This document shows, in pieces, positions 12,301-25,200 of a stretch of 64,000 bases of DNA (the first letter of the stretch is position 1; each line of letters begins with the position of its first letter). The stretch is taken from positions 1,178,001-1,242,000 of the forward strand of contig NW_026781981.1 of assembly GCF_031769215.1 (NCBI RefSeq), in the 5' to 3' direction. The notes beneath the pieces were generated by a model, which made no database searches, was not told where the DNA came from, and was given only the letters and a program-made list of their open reading frames with translations. This DNA comes from Ylistrum balloti (Eukaryota). The position numbers and the translations under genes are program-made.

Positions 12301-15300
12301 GTTCGTTTGCAATTTCATTTTTGAGAAAATATTGATTTTTAAGAAAATTTCAATACAAAAATTTTAATTAGATTTTAAGCAAGTGATAAATAGATGAAAT
12401 TGCTTGTTAAGTATCAAAAATGTATTGTTAGTTTTGATGTAATTTTAGACAGGTTTAGCAGCAAGTTGAATGGGTGAAAACGAAGAACTGTAAGTATAAG
12501 AATTAATAATCTACTTTATTTAAGTTATGGGGAGATAACTACAATTAACATTTTGTGAATCACGCATTACATGTTTAGTCAGTTAATAAGTTAATCCAGT
12601 CTTTGATTGAAGTTATCCCCGATAACCTAAACAAAAATGAAAATTAATCCTTTAATTACTACACAGCAAAATAAAAAAAAAATCCGTATAAATGAAATAT
12701 AAACATCTCATTACCGTGTTTTATAAAATACTTTCTTTCCATTCTCTCTCCGAAAATATCAATGATTTTCGAGTTTATGGATTTCGGTGTTCAGTGCACC
12801 TTCAAATTCATATCGTAAAATTTGTGCTTTTAGATTCAGTATTTAATGTATCTATCACATAATCGTCCTGTTATTCGATGAATTCACCCGTGATATATGT
12901 TTGCATATGTCACTAGTGTAATAAGGTACGTAGGAACGTACGTTTAGTTGGTTGCACTAATCAGAAATGAATAGAATTGTCATAACATGGAAAACCAGGT
13001 GACGTCATGGAATGAAAACGACGTAACAAAATGTCTACCTCTGTTTGGTTTTGCTCCTCAATAGATTTTTATATACCTATGTTTCTTTTCTTTACTCCGA
13101 AAATGTGGGATTACTTTTGTGGTAAAAACATGATAAAATTGATATACAATATGTCATAGGTACAGGTTGATATATATAGGTAGGCAAGCTATATATACAT
13201 CAGTTAGTTTCGATCACTTTAGATTTATCTCAATCGCGTTTGTGTCTATAAAAATATAAGCATCACTGACAGGTACTAGAAGGACGGAAACGTTGTATGA
13301 TGCAGTTTAATTCAATATTTGGCACTACATTATCTAATTGTGAAATATATTAAAATGTGCTATTCATTTGTGTGTCTGTTGTACGATCCTATTTTAGTCA
13401 ACAAAAGCATAATCTTTATGAAAATAGTCAATTGCCTATGTTTACTACCTAATCGTCATTTTGAGTCCCAATGAAACAGTTTTTTTCTTTGGGTAAGTCA
13501 CGACCTTCACCATGGATGTCGTTTATTCCAACATAACTCTGTCTCACGAAAACACATCGACATATAAATTACAGTGGGATTTTTTGAAGATAAGATTCCA
13601 AAACGTCATTCTCTAAGCTGTTTATGACAAAAATGAGATTTATTTTACCCGATCCCTATAGTCATGGAATTCTATCCTCGTCGTTTCCAAGGGGACATAA
13701 AAAGTAAATAGCTGTATGTATACATGAGTGTATCTAGGGATTGTGAAATATGGTGTGTATAGATGGCTCATATGCCAGGGGTATGAATGGAGAATGCCGA
13801 AACTGATACAAGGTAAATGTGGAAGAGGAATAGATTTATCGTGGACTGGAGCAGTAGAAACATTTATATGTTTGTGGGAGGGGTTAAGGCTCATGTAACT
13901 ATTTCATCGGAAAATACAATATGGTGGAAAGATGGATGGCCAATATGATTAAGAAGCGATAAGTTCTTTCCAGACGTCTTCATGGAAATAGTTACATATG
14001 GTGGTCAGAGAACATTTATTGGTTTTCCTATAGCGAAGGGGGATCCCCGCAGACATCTCTCTAGAAATAGATGTATGTGGAACAGGGGGATAGGTAACAT
14101 TTATACATTTTGGGAAGGAGTGGCAGAATCCAAACAGCCTTTCTCCTACCGTGAACACACACATATTGCAAATGGGCCATTGTTGAAAGTATGCTGTAAG
14201 TACAGGATCCCGTAAACCATCTCCTCCATCACTGGGCAGTGACGTCAGAAGTATTGTCAGCTTGTCTGTGTAGATACAGTACAGCACAACGTTGACCAAA
14301 CCTGGGTGTTTTTGGAGTCTTGGCTAAGAACAGATGCAAGGCATGCCTCTAGGGACCCGAGTCAGATGTCAAAGGGGAAAACGGCCATAAATATTGGTAA
14401 ACATTACATATGTATCTCCCGCAATGTTATGAAGGCAGAACAATCCTGATGGCCCACTTCGTTCATTCTCTTCAGCTTTAAAGGCCTGGATCGCTACTGG
14501 AAATCATTTTTGATTTAGTTAAAGCAAGTGATTCATTTTTTCACATCACAATTAAAATGGTATCATGAGCTACATATGACATATTTACAGTGTATATTTT
14601 AATGCTTGAGCGCAAACAAGACGAGCTTGTTGTCGTGGCAGATGCTTGTCTTGTTTCTTTGATAGACTACTTATGGAATTAGGAACCATCACTTTAAATG
14701 GGAATACCAGACTGAACATTTTACTAAACTCGATATATTAATCTCCGTATCTACCGACATATGAAAAACCGTTGGCGTTCATAACAAACACTTGACTGAC
14801 ACTTAAATTGTACAAAAATAGCTATGTAATGAATCAAGCTGCACCATTTTGCTGTTTTTACTTCAAGGACACGTCAGTGATAATAAGGACCTAAATTTTC
14901 AAACCTATGATGCGACTGAGGAAAATCCAAAGAAATCGAAATAAATGTCTAACTCTAATGGGGCAGTGCATAATTTTCTTATTAACGCAGAATACGAAAA
15001 ATAAATAAATAAATAAAATAACAAACAAAAAATACCAAAACGTCAACATAATCATAAATCAATCAAACGAAGGCAAATATGAACCAAAACAAAGACGTTA
15101 GGTCAGGTGTTCCGGAAGAATATGCTTCATCGCTGAAACCCGCAATGGCCAAGTCATGTAAGTAATGTTACGTTCTCAAATGAGAACAAGGTATACAACA
15201 ACGAAACCAACAGAGAAACTAACGAGCATCAAAAACGTTCAAATCGCACAGAGAAAATGAATATTTCTGAATGATGTCACTATGACGAACTTTTAAAAAT

Positions 15301-16262
15301 TCTTTCAATTTTCATCTACCTGCATCTTTAAAACTCCGTGTTTCGAGTTTGTATATCAGTTGATGACGTCTTGTACGAAAATCGTGATAATGTTATCGTG
15401 CTCTTGAATATCGACTCAACATGTAAACATCAGAGGTTGGGAATGCAATGGAGTTGTTATCTAGAAATGGAAAATTCATAATAGGTAAATTTAAATCATC
15501 ACGCTTATCATGTAGCTTGGTGATAAGCTGTCCAAGTTGGTTTCGTTTTAGGAAAAGATCAAAATAAACGACTGATGTTTACAAAGACCGATATGTGTAT
15601 CGGTATAGTATCATTACTACACACACTCCTTGTTCTTTTTCAGATGCTTCCGTGGAAATCGTTCCTTTGTTAATGTTATATGTTTTGCCCTAGTTGTATT
15701 TAATTTGATTTGGATTGTGATTTTGATGGCATGTTGTTATTTTCTTCTTTGTATATTTATGCTGATATCAGCTATTTTTGGAATTATTCTGTAATGACCT
15801 GACCTATTTCAGAATACATATTAAGTGACATTAGCTCATGCAGTACTGATTCTCTTAGTTGTGATTACTTAAGTATAATCAGGCGTCATATAAAGTCATA
15901 ATCCAATGTAGATATCAAGACACATTAAAGTTGAGTTAAAAGCACACCAATTTTTTTTATCTAAATGCGAATTTTAAAATAAAGCTCAATTAAGTATACA
16001 AATTTAACAGTGGTTAGATTTTAAAAGTTAGTATTTAGTACTTTGAGTGAATTACTTTTGTCTAATATTTATTCTATTACCCTATCTTGTTACAAGGGTA
16101 TGCATAATATTATATATTCTTTTACAATACCATAACCTAGACTTATTTTGTCTATTGTACCTATAGTGTAATTGGTGTGCTGTTATTTATGTTGTAAAAT
16201 ATGTTCTTTTCCATTTGTTTCATGTCTTATGCAAATGTGTTTTGTTTGAAAATGTGAAAATA

Positions 16263-16288
16263 ATATATATATATATATATATATATAT
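16263..16288. repeat. (AT)13 microsatellite
   Basis: Direct reading of the sequence. Confidence 0.95.
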
Positions 16289-19200
16289 CAAAATGCTATA
16301 CAGTTTTTAGTGTTGATTTTGCATTGAAGTTCGGACGACATAAATAATGCAATTTAATAGCCTTTTCCCTTTATTAGCACTACCGTTACATTCTCCTGAT
16401 AGTGTGTCTACAGCCGACGGTCTCAGAAATGAACTCATATCTTGCTTTAACCTTTTTGTGATATACCCTGGAGCATTTTTACTAAGTCAGAAATATCATA
16501 ATATCATAATATGGACAATGATGTGAGTGTTGCGTCATGAACTGAAAATGTCACAACAAAATGGTTTCTGTATTCGATATTGAACTCTAAAATTTATGAA
16601 AGTGTAACTTTTCTGAGTAATGTGGTAAAACTATTTTAAATCTGTTTTCATTTTGTATGAAATTTTAATCTTTGCCCGCAGTTTTTATTTCTTATGGTAT
16701 ATTCTGAAACGAGTCATGGAAGTTGTCATTTTCGCGAAAGTTGGTTAAGATTTTTGCAAGATATAAATGCCATATATAGCTGTGAGCTATGTTGGCAGTA
16801 TCATAAAAATATGACATTTAGCTGTATTTCTATTACTGACTAATAATGATGTCGTTTGTAAAATATAAACAAACATCATATAATTGAAAACTCATGTAAG
16901 ATAAAAAATATCATATCTATTTGTAAGATTTAAAGTTTGTAAAATTACTTTTAACCAGTCGCGTCTTCAAGAAAACATGAAAATACCAATATCTTAACAG
17001 AATTGTAATCAAAATTCACATTTAAAAAACTAGGGCAAAATATATCATACAACTTGGTGGAAAGTTTTCCAGGTTGGTTTCTTTGAATGAAAAATTCGAG
17101 ATAAATGGCTAATGAATACAAATGTGTCTTGTCTTTGATTTTCCAATTCTGTTTGGTATATACGATGGACGTGGACAATAGATTTACTGTTATTTAAAGA
17201 CAAGACGTCATTAATATATCTGAAAGTGAAATTAAACGACTTTGCAAGGTCTTTGTAACCTGTTTTGGTAAGTTCTTTAATACATTCAGCCTTAGTGTGA
17301 AATAAAAAAACAAGTTAGTCAAGAGAAGGGCACAATTAGTTAACATGCATATGCCAATATTCTGTTGGAAGACGCTTTCGTATAGTTCACAACGATATAT
17401 TTCTATAGTCGTGCACATTTCCTGGAGAGAAAGTTCCTATCACAAGAGAACGAAGGCGTTCTTTCAGTTTAGTTTCAGTTTTTAAAATATGTACTGATAT
17501 AAAAATGCAATTTTCATACTGTTGTGTTATAATAATCGACTAAATTAATTCATGGAACCCGTCTACACGTCACATTAGAGTGCGATGTTTTCGACCTCCC
17601 AATGGAAGTGGTTCGAAGATGCATTGTAATCATGCCATATTAAAGGGTAAATGGCAAATAAATGTGGCTCGTCTCAGTGTTACACCGTTATTCACCATAC
17701 ACTATTGTGTGTTATATGTGCACATTTTCTATTTCTTCGTTCCTCCTCAGTTTCCTTGTCATGCGAAATCCCATTCATGTAATGTCGTCTATTTTTGCAA
17801 ACTGTTTTTCATGGGTAACCCTTCGTCTTTCTGAAAAAAATGACATTAATTACAATTGGCTAAAGTACGTTTAAACCAATCCCCGTAACTTGAAACTGCA
17901 AGACACGAGCAATATGTATACAATGCAGGCATTATTTTCTCTCGTTTGTGCTTGCGCTTGGCTTGGTTATTGTTTACTTGACATTGTCATCGAATATGAA
18001 CATCTGAAGGTGATGTAAGAACGTTCCGGAGTATACGTAAGCAATTATATTCTTGTAAAAAATAAGCTCAACATTTCTCCTTACTAATGCAGTTCAAATG
18101 GAAATTAACAATGCAAGTAACAACTCACTCATGAACATCAGTAAACAGCAAAAATAAGGAAAGGAGTTGTTGGTAAAGTTGCTCCTTGTAGTGGCGTTTA
18201 TACATCTAAATATCGCAAGCTCATTATCGTTTCAATTATCAACAGTGATAACCACATCCTTTGTAATCTGCATGAATCTTTAGATGTGATGAAGCAAAAA
18301 TGATTGATTAATAATCTCAAAATTTATATAGCATTGTTTTCGTTTTCATTTTATATTTCTAATTTAAGTAAATCATTTTCCCTGTCCGTCCAACAGCCAA
18401 TTCGGATACCTTAGAGATCAAAACTTCAATAGAAACTTCTTCGATAAATAGTATTGAAATAAAATAGCAGGCATTTATTTCTTTGACTGACGAAAACTCT
18501 TTATTTCAAGTTACAATGTCCCTAAATACTTACGCTGATAAGATATTAATCACATTGAAGAAATTGTTATGTACTCGTATAAATAGAGTTGTTTATGTGG
18601 CAACAAGCATTCCTTTGACAATCACCACAGGAATGGAACTAATTATCGTATTGGGTAAAAACAAGGTTTGAAAAAGTCTACATTTAGTTCCCGAGATTAA
18701 GATACTTACATGGTACTGAATGGGACTGACGGATCATTTACGTTAAGAATGGACCCTGAGAAATTGCTGAATTAAGGTAAACTTTAAAAAGACACAAAAC
18801 ATTCTTTTCACACTTTATCTTTTCTTACTAATTTGCAATTTAAAAGTTGAAGATTTCTTCAAAGAGAAGGAGAAGGTCGCGTCTGTTGACCCTTAGGAAG
18901 CAGATCCCTTATAGTCAGACAGTAGTTAGTGTGCCCCTAAAACATACCACATTGGGTTAATTATGATGGCGTCGTTGAAGCAGCTTCCGTCCTCCCGCCT
19001 CAGCCCATCCGTGCCAGCCACCGTATCATCCCAAATTATATGCAACAGATAGGAAACGTGGCTACCAGCCATTTACCGGTCAGAAGTCTCCAGTCCTTAA
19101 ACGCTGAGTATTAATTTATTAGTTATGTTGATTTTATTTTCCCACTTTAAAACGACATCTTAATTTTGTCCTACGTTAATAAAATTACTTCTTTGTCGTG

Positions 19201-22200
19201 TTTAATCTATGTAGAGAATTATGATATCCTACTTGAAAATGTCACCGCTTCGACATGTCCTTTACCAAAGGTTAGGTTTGTCGGAAGTAGCCATCCAGAA
19301 TGATGTGATCAATAAAGATTGTACAATAATGTCTTTCACTTGTAACTGTCATCAAAGCATACCAGCGTACCAGAAAAAAGTGTTTGAATTTGTCAAATCT
19401 CTAGAGAAGATTATCTGATAACTTATAACATTTACTGGACCTCATTAAATTGGTTCTTTTATTATTATTATCGCACAATAAATCATGAAAATCATTTTGA
19501 ATCAACAGTTGATATATTCTATTCATTGTCATTTCTTTAATGCATAACAAATTTTGACTCCATTACGTCTGATCATTCTATAAACCGAAATAAATTAATA
19601 AATAACAATAAGAAAATGACCATATGTTTACTTTTATTACAAATCAATACAGCTTTTCCAAATCCAAACTCTAAGATATATATACATCAATTTTATTTAG
19701 TCGTCAAGAACACAAAGATTTTAACTTAACATACATTCTTGTATGTTGGGCTATTATTATTCACAGTGTAACTGAATCTGAATTGAAATTTGTATAATTG
19801 GCCTAATGAATTAGGTCAGGCAGTTTTTACAATGTCGTGAAAAGTAATGAATTTGACAAGTAACTCGCTTTAACACTAAAATCATGTTATACTGACACTC
19901 AGTTATTTCACTTTCCTGTTGTTTTCACACTGTTTACGTTACAAAAAACGTTCTTGCTTTGATTTTTAGTAAGACTAATGATGAACATGTTTAAGTCGTT
20001 TCAAATAATTGAATATTATCTTACAGCCTTACTTTATGGACGGCCTTAAACGTTTTATCATTAAACAAAATGTGTTGATCTAGTCGAATAAAAACCCAAT
20101 AAACATCACAGTATTGTTTTTATTGTTTTAATGTTTCAGTTTATCATCGGTTTATCAAGTGTAATACATTGAGGTTGGTTTTTTACTGAAATATATAATC
20201 ATTAAGATTTATGATTGTCGATGCATGACCTCTTTGTTTTGCCAAATTATGTAATTGTTATTTTGTTTTGTTTTTGTACCCAATCCTGTTGCTTATCACC
20301 ATGGCAATAAGATACATTTGAATCAAAACGCTTTTAAAATTTATTACAACATATGTCACTACATATGTATATAAGCCTCAACATACAAATAGCTTCTCGG
20401 ATTATCTTTATTGGTTGAAAAGCATACTTATTGAATACAAAACAAAGGATCCCAAAAGATTAAATGTTAATCCGACGATTAGGGAAGAGAGTAAATTAAG
20501 ACGATTGGACTTTTTTATTTATTTAAGCAAAAGCCCATCTTCTCGAATAAAATTCAACTTATCATGTATGAATTCTAATAATATTGTGTAGTAGCAAAAC
20601 ACAGGTTAGATATTGTGATGGTTTAATTGCATTGTTCACTTACATAAACTGAGTAAAGTTGTGAAAAACCGAGTGACACGCATTTTATACATAAAATCTC
20701 ACAAAACACGTGTTTACCATCATATGTTATTGTCTATGGAAATACACTCTGCAACTAACGATAATGAGTACTGAAATAGCATCTAGGTCTCATTGGTGTT
20801 GTTAACAATATGTACACTCGATTCGTAAAACAGTGTTCATCCTGATGTCATCCTAAAAAGCAATGATGAATTCAGAAAGATATAATTGCTACAAAGCATC
20901 ATACATAACAGCGATTAGCAGTAACTTAAAAACAAATGTAACCATGGTTAAGTGATTATATTTCCACTTTCAAGTGCCAATATCACGAATTTATGGAAAG
21001 CGGAAGTAAAATTACCTACAGGAAAACTAGAGACGGTAATCCGGAACTGTATATTCGACTATTTTTCCGGTTCCCCTTCAGCGTCTATACAAATAAATAT
21101 CAACCCTTTATCATTTCGTAATTTTTTCGAAAGAATAATCCTCAGAACGTAGAGGCTGTCAAGACAAAATGTTAAAGATATCGTGATATAATTAAGCTTA
21201 TCTGACATTGTTAGGTAAAGTTCTATGACGAAAATAGTACCTTCTGACCTCATCAAAGCTAATCATATGCCTGTCATTGTTCATTACAACAGACGTGATC
21301 CTTAGAAAGGATGATCTGCTTTGTATGCTTCGATATCTACTAGCATATGCAAATAGAAAGTCAAAAGCATTACTGAATCAATGAAGTTACTGTTTTTTAA
21401 TATTTAAACTTTAAAATGATTTAGATGTGTTTTAATGGATTATTGCTTGTCGTTGTGATATTATATCTTATTTATACTTATATAGCAAGAGGATTTCAAG
21501 TCAATAACACTTAGGTATCTTACATAGGAATTGCGACAGGAACAAACAAGGATACATTTCTACATTGGAAAGAGTCGAAGAGTTTTCTCTTTACTAAAAA
21601 AACACAAATGAATTAATAAAACAACATTACAATATATTGTGAACATTGTTTCTTAATATTGAAGAGAAATGCGTTTTTATTTGTGATTTTTAAGATGCTA
21701 GTTTGAATATTTCCCGGAAGCATTCATTGATCAAATATAAAGTTGACTATTTGGAACAGTTTTGTATTAGATAATATTCAGCTGACCAACCCCGTGACCT
21801 AGGGGTTATTGGGAGTGTGTTAGAAATAAAGGCTGGTTTTAAATTGCTAAAAGCTTGTCATGGTGGAAGAAGTAAAAGGCCCAATATTGACGATGACGGC
21901 TGTCAGAACAATCGCATATTGCATAAGTTTATTTAATAAAACTGTAACATACCGCTGGTTTCCCCTTCTAGAGAATACGCCTCTCTTAACGAAAAGTTCT
22001 GTATAGAAATACGAACATACATGTACTAACTTCCACATGCACAATATCAAGAATAATATGCTGTTCATAAAATATGACTTTGAATTTTACGTTTGGTTAC
22101 CTTCCATATTTTAAAATAATAAAATAGACATTCATTGATTCCATAATTATCAGTAGATGCTACAAATGTGATCATAATAGTGGTAGGTTTTAGGTCTGAT

Positions 22201-25200
22201 TTTACTTTCAGAAAATAAATCACATGTAAAGAATATAACGTTGTTCCTGTCCGTATTAATTAGGCAAAGCAAAACTAAAGTAAGTCTTGTATCGAGACTT
22301 TGCTTTTTAATTCTTCTTTACAGAGAAATTCATTTGTTGGAAACTTTATTTGTTTGTATTTATTTTAAGATTTACCATAAATATTTTGGTTTCACAACGA
22401 CAAAGTCGAAAAGCAAAATATAATATGTATAAAATTTTAGGGATTAATAACTTATATATATGTGAAAATTATGATTTCAAGACTTTACGTAAAAACATGA
22501 CCTTGATCCTTTTATTTTATCTGTTTAGGTTAGACGTTCGTTAACGCGTCGATGTTCTCTCTTTGATTTCTTTACCTGTCTAAGAGATTTACGATGAAAT
22601 TACTTCATTACAAATACTAGAATAAAAAATCGTTTATGAACAGGCATCAGGATTTATTTCACAGAGCTCATATACTATATTTCTAAAAGTTTCAGGTCAA
22701 GCAAGGCGAGGAAGCTACCATGGCGACCACCGAATGTGAGTAGTCAGAGGTAATTAAGTCAACGTTTCTCAGACATTTCTTTTCCCAGCGAGACAATACT
22801 GTTCCAAGGGTCATTTACCTTATAATTACACTACCCACAAGGTCAGATGTTCCGGTTTCCGACGCGTACGCACACGGTGTAAAACTCTTATGTTATGTAT
22901 GTAATATAAATAGTATATATTCATTGGTAAATCATTTAAATATTTACATGTTGTATCTTACTGATTGTGTTTCATCACATTTCTCTTTAAATATTAAGAA
23001 AGTGACGATATGTCAAATGTCTCTATGAAATGTTTTCAAGCCAACAAAAACTTTTGCTGAATTAAACAAAATCACGTTTGTCGGTCTGGAAGAGTACTTG
23101 TACTGTTTTAGAGAGAGAGGGTCTGTGTTTAGAATACTAATGTTTGTAATTTATATTTTAGCAAATAAATTAAACATATACTATAAAGTGTACATAAACA
23201 TCTACAAACATAGTAATGCGTTCTGATTTCATCTAGTGTTAATTTCATCATATTGTTATATTTTGTAACGAGTGTATGTATGTTAATAATGTTGATCATT
23301 GATATTTAAATATACATGATATTTATGTATAATGGATTTCTCTTTCTAGGTATAGAGGTATTTTAAACAAGTTTTAATCTTGGTGTATGGGCTCTAATAG
23401 TTCTTGTCTCATTGACTTTTGTCCTATGAATATTTAGATAAGGTAACACCTTTACAATATGTCTCCTCTGTTGTACTTCCACTTAATGATGACACTTAAC
23501 TTTTTGCGTACTTTGTACTGGCAGGTGATGATTTGGCAAGGATAAATGTGGTTTGGCAAGGACATATTTCAAACCATTGAAACATTGGAAATGCACTCGA
23601 CACTCACACCTACTATTTATATACAGGTGAAATGTAACATAATTGTATGACCCTTTTAGTGTAATTAATACAAATCAGTATGCGTACTCCCCTTAACCAA
23701 ATAAATGGTTTGGTCTGATTGTAGTTAATGTGTTGACTAACTTTGTTCTAACCGAACTCATCCCCACTCATCATCCGCTCCATTCTTGTTACTTTCATCT
23801 TACCAACATTCATTTCCAAATGGCAGAGTTTTAATAGCATATCCCGTCTACAACGGTTTTACCTGCAGGACGAGAATGCTAATTACTATAAATTTCATAC
23901 AAAAATTAGCGAATGGTTTCAATTTCATATGTTGTGTAAACAGCATGGGTGTTCGTCGCCAGTGCCGCTGTGAGCACGTGACTATTAAACATTTCCTTGT
24001 AACATCGTCCCATCTGGTACGTGCAGCGCACGCGCGCTAAGGTATTCAGATGGGACCTCGCGCTGTGATGGCGCCAAGACTGAACAGCTAGATGGGAAAA
24101 GGGTCAAGGTAATATCAGTTCAGGTAAAAATAACTCGTATGAAGTTAAATTCACTTTGACAGAACCTATGCGCCGTGTTGCTTCACAGGAAACTTACTTG
24201 TATATTTATTGTATTCGTGTATTATAAACTTCTGATCTGTTCCAGATACTTACAAGTGAAAGGAAACGCGAAAAAAGTGCATACCATAGCCCTTATATGA
24301 AGTCCCATGATTACTTATTAGTAAACAGAGTAGTAAATTGTAGTAGTAAAAGCGATGGGGAATACAAAGCAATATCATACGACCATACGTACTACAATCA
24401 AATTCAGCAATTGTTTTTTTCGCTTTCTATTATAGCACAAAACAAATAATTGTCAATTAACCGTCTTACCGCAATCACGCGTTTATAGCAAGCCTGGCGA
24501 ACGTTTTGTGGTATTGCCTGTGGAAATCAAATCTGATAGAAAAAATCAACAAGCACTAATGTAATCGGGTTTGGACACCTAGCTCCTGGAACCTTCTGCA
24601 GAAAGAACTGTGAACTTCAGATTCTCGATCGGTTAAAAAGTATTCTGACAAAATATCCTTTCAAACATTCATGTAGAAATACGAACAAAAGGTTTTAAAC
24701 AGATTCAAATTATTCAAATAAAACCAACAAAATATACATTGATAGTTTGAAACATGTAATGTCCAAAATAATTTCGAGAAAGTTGATATAGACCATAAGG
24801 ATCAAAGGAAAGTGACAAATAATATTTTAAAGAAAAAACGGAAAAAAGTTGTACTACTGCTTGTAGTCATGTCGGTAGCCCCTTTAAGTATATGGTAACA
24901 TAATACCGAGTTGATATTGCAATTAGTGAGGAGCTAAATTGCCAAATATTCAGGTATCGAAAGAAATAATTCAAAAACATTTCTATGACTTAATGACCTT
25001 GCTAAAATAGCATCTTATAGCATTGTTTGCATTGCGCAAATTGATACAAATTTATGATAGAGCTTTGCTTCATATTTGTCACTAGCTAATATTACATGTT
25101 TTAATCAGTCAACACATATAAAGGTCACATAATCAATATATATACTAAATCCTGTTTTTACTTTATATTCTATTTTTGTATGTTATCGAATCTCGAATTT

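Noticed and set aside
13640-14299. ORFs of 77-116 aa in the GC-elevated block, and similar 60-130-aa ORFs elsewhere (e.g. 52709-53092)
   Set aside because: No recognisable domain, many start at TTG/GTG, they overlap on both strands and lack splice support. They are consistent with random open frames.
17605-17625. GGTTCGAA, tRNA B-box-like
   Set aside because: No A-box, no cloverleaf, and the B-box consensus is incomplete. No tRNA or rRNA was found in the window.
18702-18760. ATACTTAC resembling the U1 snRNA 5' end
   Set aside because: Similarity stops after about 8 nt, with no stem-loops or Sm site. It is more likely a chance or - strand donor motif.
24870-24890. GTAGCCCCTTTAA resembling a Kolobok-type terminus with TTAA
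   Set aside because: No matching opposite end was found.
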